Shown piece by piece: positions 63,605 through 64,000 of a stretch of DNA of 64,000 bases. Source of the stretch: an uncultured Acidobacteriota bacterium (GTDB taxonomy: Bacteria > Acidobacteriota > Thermoanaerobaculia > UBA5066). Location of the stretch: the NCBI GenBank assembly GCA_963779415.1, contig CAVZYA010000001.1, positions 1,248,001 through 1,312,000 of the forward strand, in the 5' to 3' direction. Positions within the stretch are counted from its first letter, which is position 1; every line of letters starts with the position of its first letter. Below the pieces are notes generated by a model. The model was not told the DNA's origin. It searched no databases and worked only from the letters and a program-made list of their open reading frames with translations. The position numbers and the translations under genes are program-made.

Positions 63605-63858
63605 CGAGGCGCCCCGGCCGGGGCGACCTCCACGCTGAAGTCCTCGATGACCGGGTTCGCGAGGAGCTGGTCCGCGAGCTTCCGCGCGGCCTCGAGTGCC
63701 GCGGAGGCGTCTGTCGTCTCCATCTCGATCCGGAAGAGCTTCCCGGCCCGGACATCATTGACCGTGCCGTACCCGAGGCGGTGGAGAGCGTCGTTGATCG
63801 CCTTCCCCTGCGGGTCGAGGACCCCTTCCTTGAGGAAGACGCGAACGTAAACCGTCAT
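63601..63858 (-). CDS. purS: FGAM synthase subunit PurS
   Basis: VLDPQGKA...LLANPVIEDF. Confidence 0.95.
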   Translation of the reverse strand: MTVYVRVFLKEGVLDPQGKAINDALHRLGYGTVNDVRAGKLFRIEMETTDASAALEAARKLADQLLANPVIEDFSVEVAPAGAPR

Positions 63859-63998
63859 CGGCCGATCTCCTCCCCTTCCGAGCTTACGCCGATCCACTCC
63901 GTCGCTTCGTCGTGGAGCGCGACCGAGACCGGGATCGAACAGCCCATCCCGCCGATCGCCTCGCGGAAGACCCGCCGCGCGAGGGCGAAGGTGTTGTT
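63855..63998 (-). CDS. 3' end of a gene running off the window, possibly an MBL-fold hydrolase (YycJ-like)
   Basis: ...NNTFALARRVFREAIGGMG...EIGR*; the stop overlaps the purS ATG. Confidence 0.4.
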   Translation of the reverse strand, partial: NNTFALARRVFREAIGGMGCSIPVSVALHDEATEWIGVSSEGEEIGR

Positions 63999-64000
63999 CT

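Overview
High-GC (roughly 70% by eye) bacterial chromosome segment, probably Acidobacteriota (inferred from the VWA + GWxTD proteins, split atp operon and archaeal-type ArgRS). It is mostly core genome: gpmI, a sugar ABC transporter, argS, an 11-subunit complex-I operon (nuoABCDHIJKLMN, no nuoEFG) running straight into atpZ-atpI-atpB-atpE, gmd, a complete minus-strand rRNA operon (16S, tRNA-Ile, tRNA-Ala, 23S, 5S), purS-Q-L-F-M-N spread over about 26 kb, LPS/ADP-heptose genes and pxpABC. The most unusual part is a ~1.4 kb island at 56.9-58.3 kb. It holds a cas-less type I-C-like CRISPR mini-array (one diverged repeat, one AT-rich spacer, one intact repeat) abutting a REP-like hairpin. The array lies between two divergent toxin-antitoxin pairs whose putative toxins are both broken while the antitoxins are intact, followed by an unannotated 54-aa antitoxin-tail ORF. 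Also notable: a C10 tract inside the predicted nuo-atp promoter spacer, an NDUFAF7/MidA gene directly upstream of nuoA, many apparently leaderless GTG-start genes, an M61 peptidase with HHxxH in place of HExxH, attC-like remnants, and a cluster of frameshifts at 46.3-52.5 kb that are probably assembly errors. All calls come from motif recognition by eye; no database searches were run.
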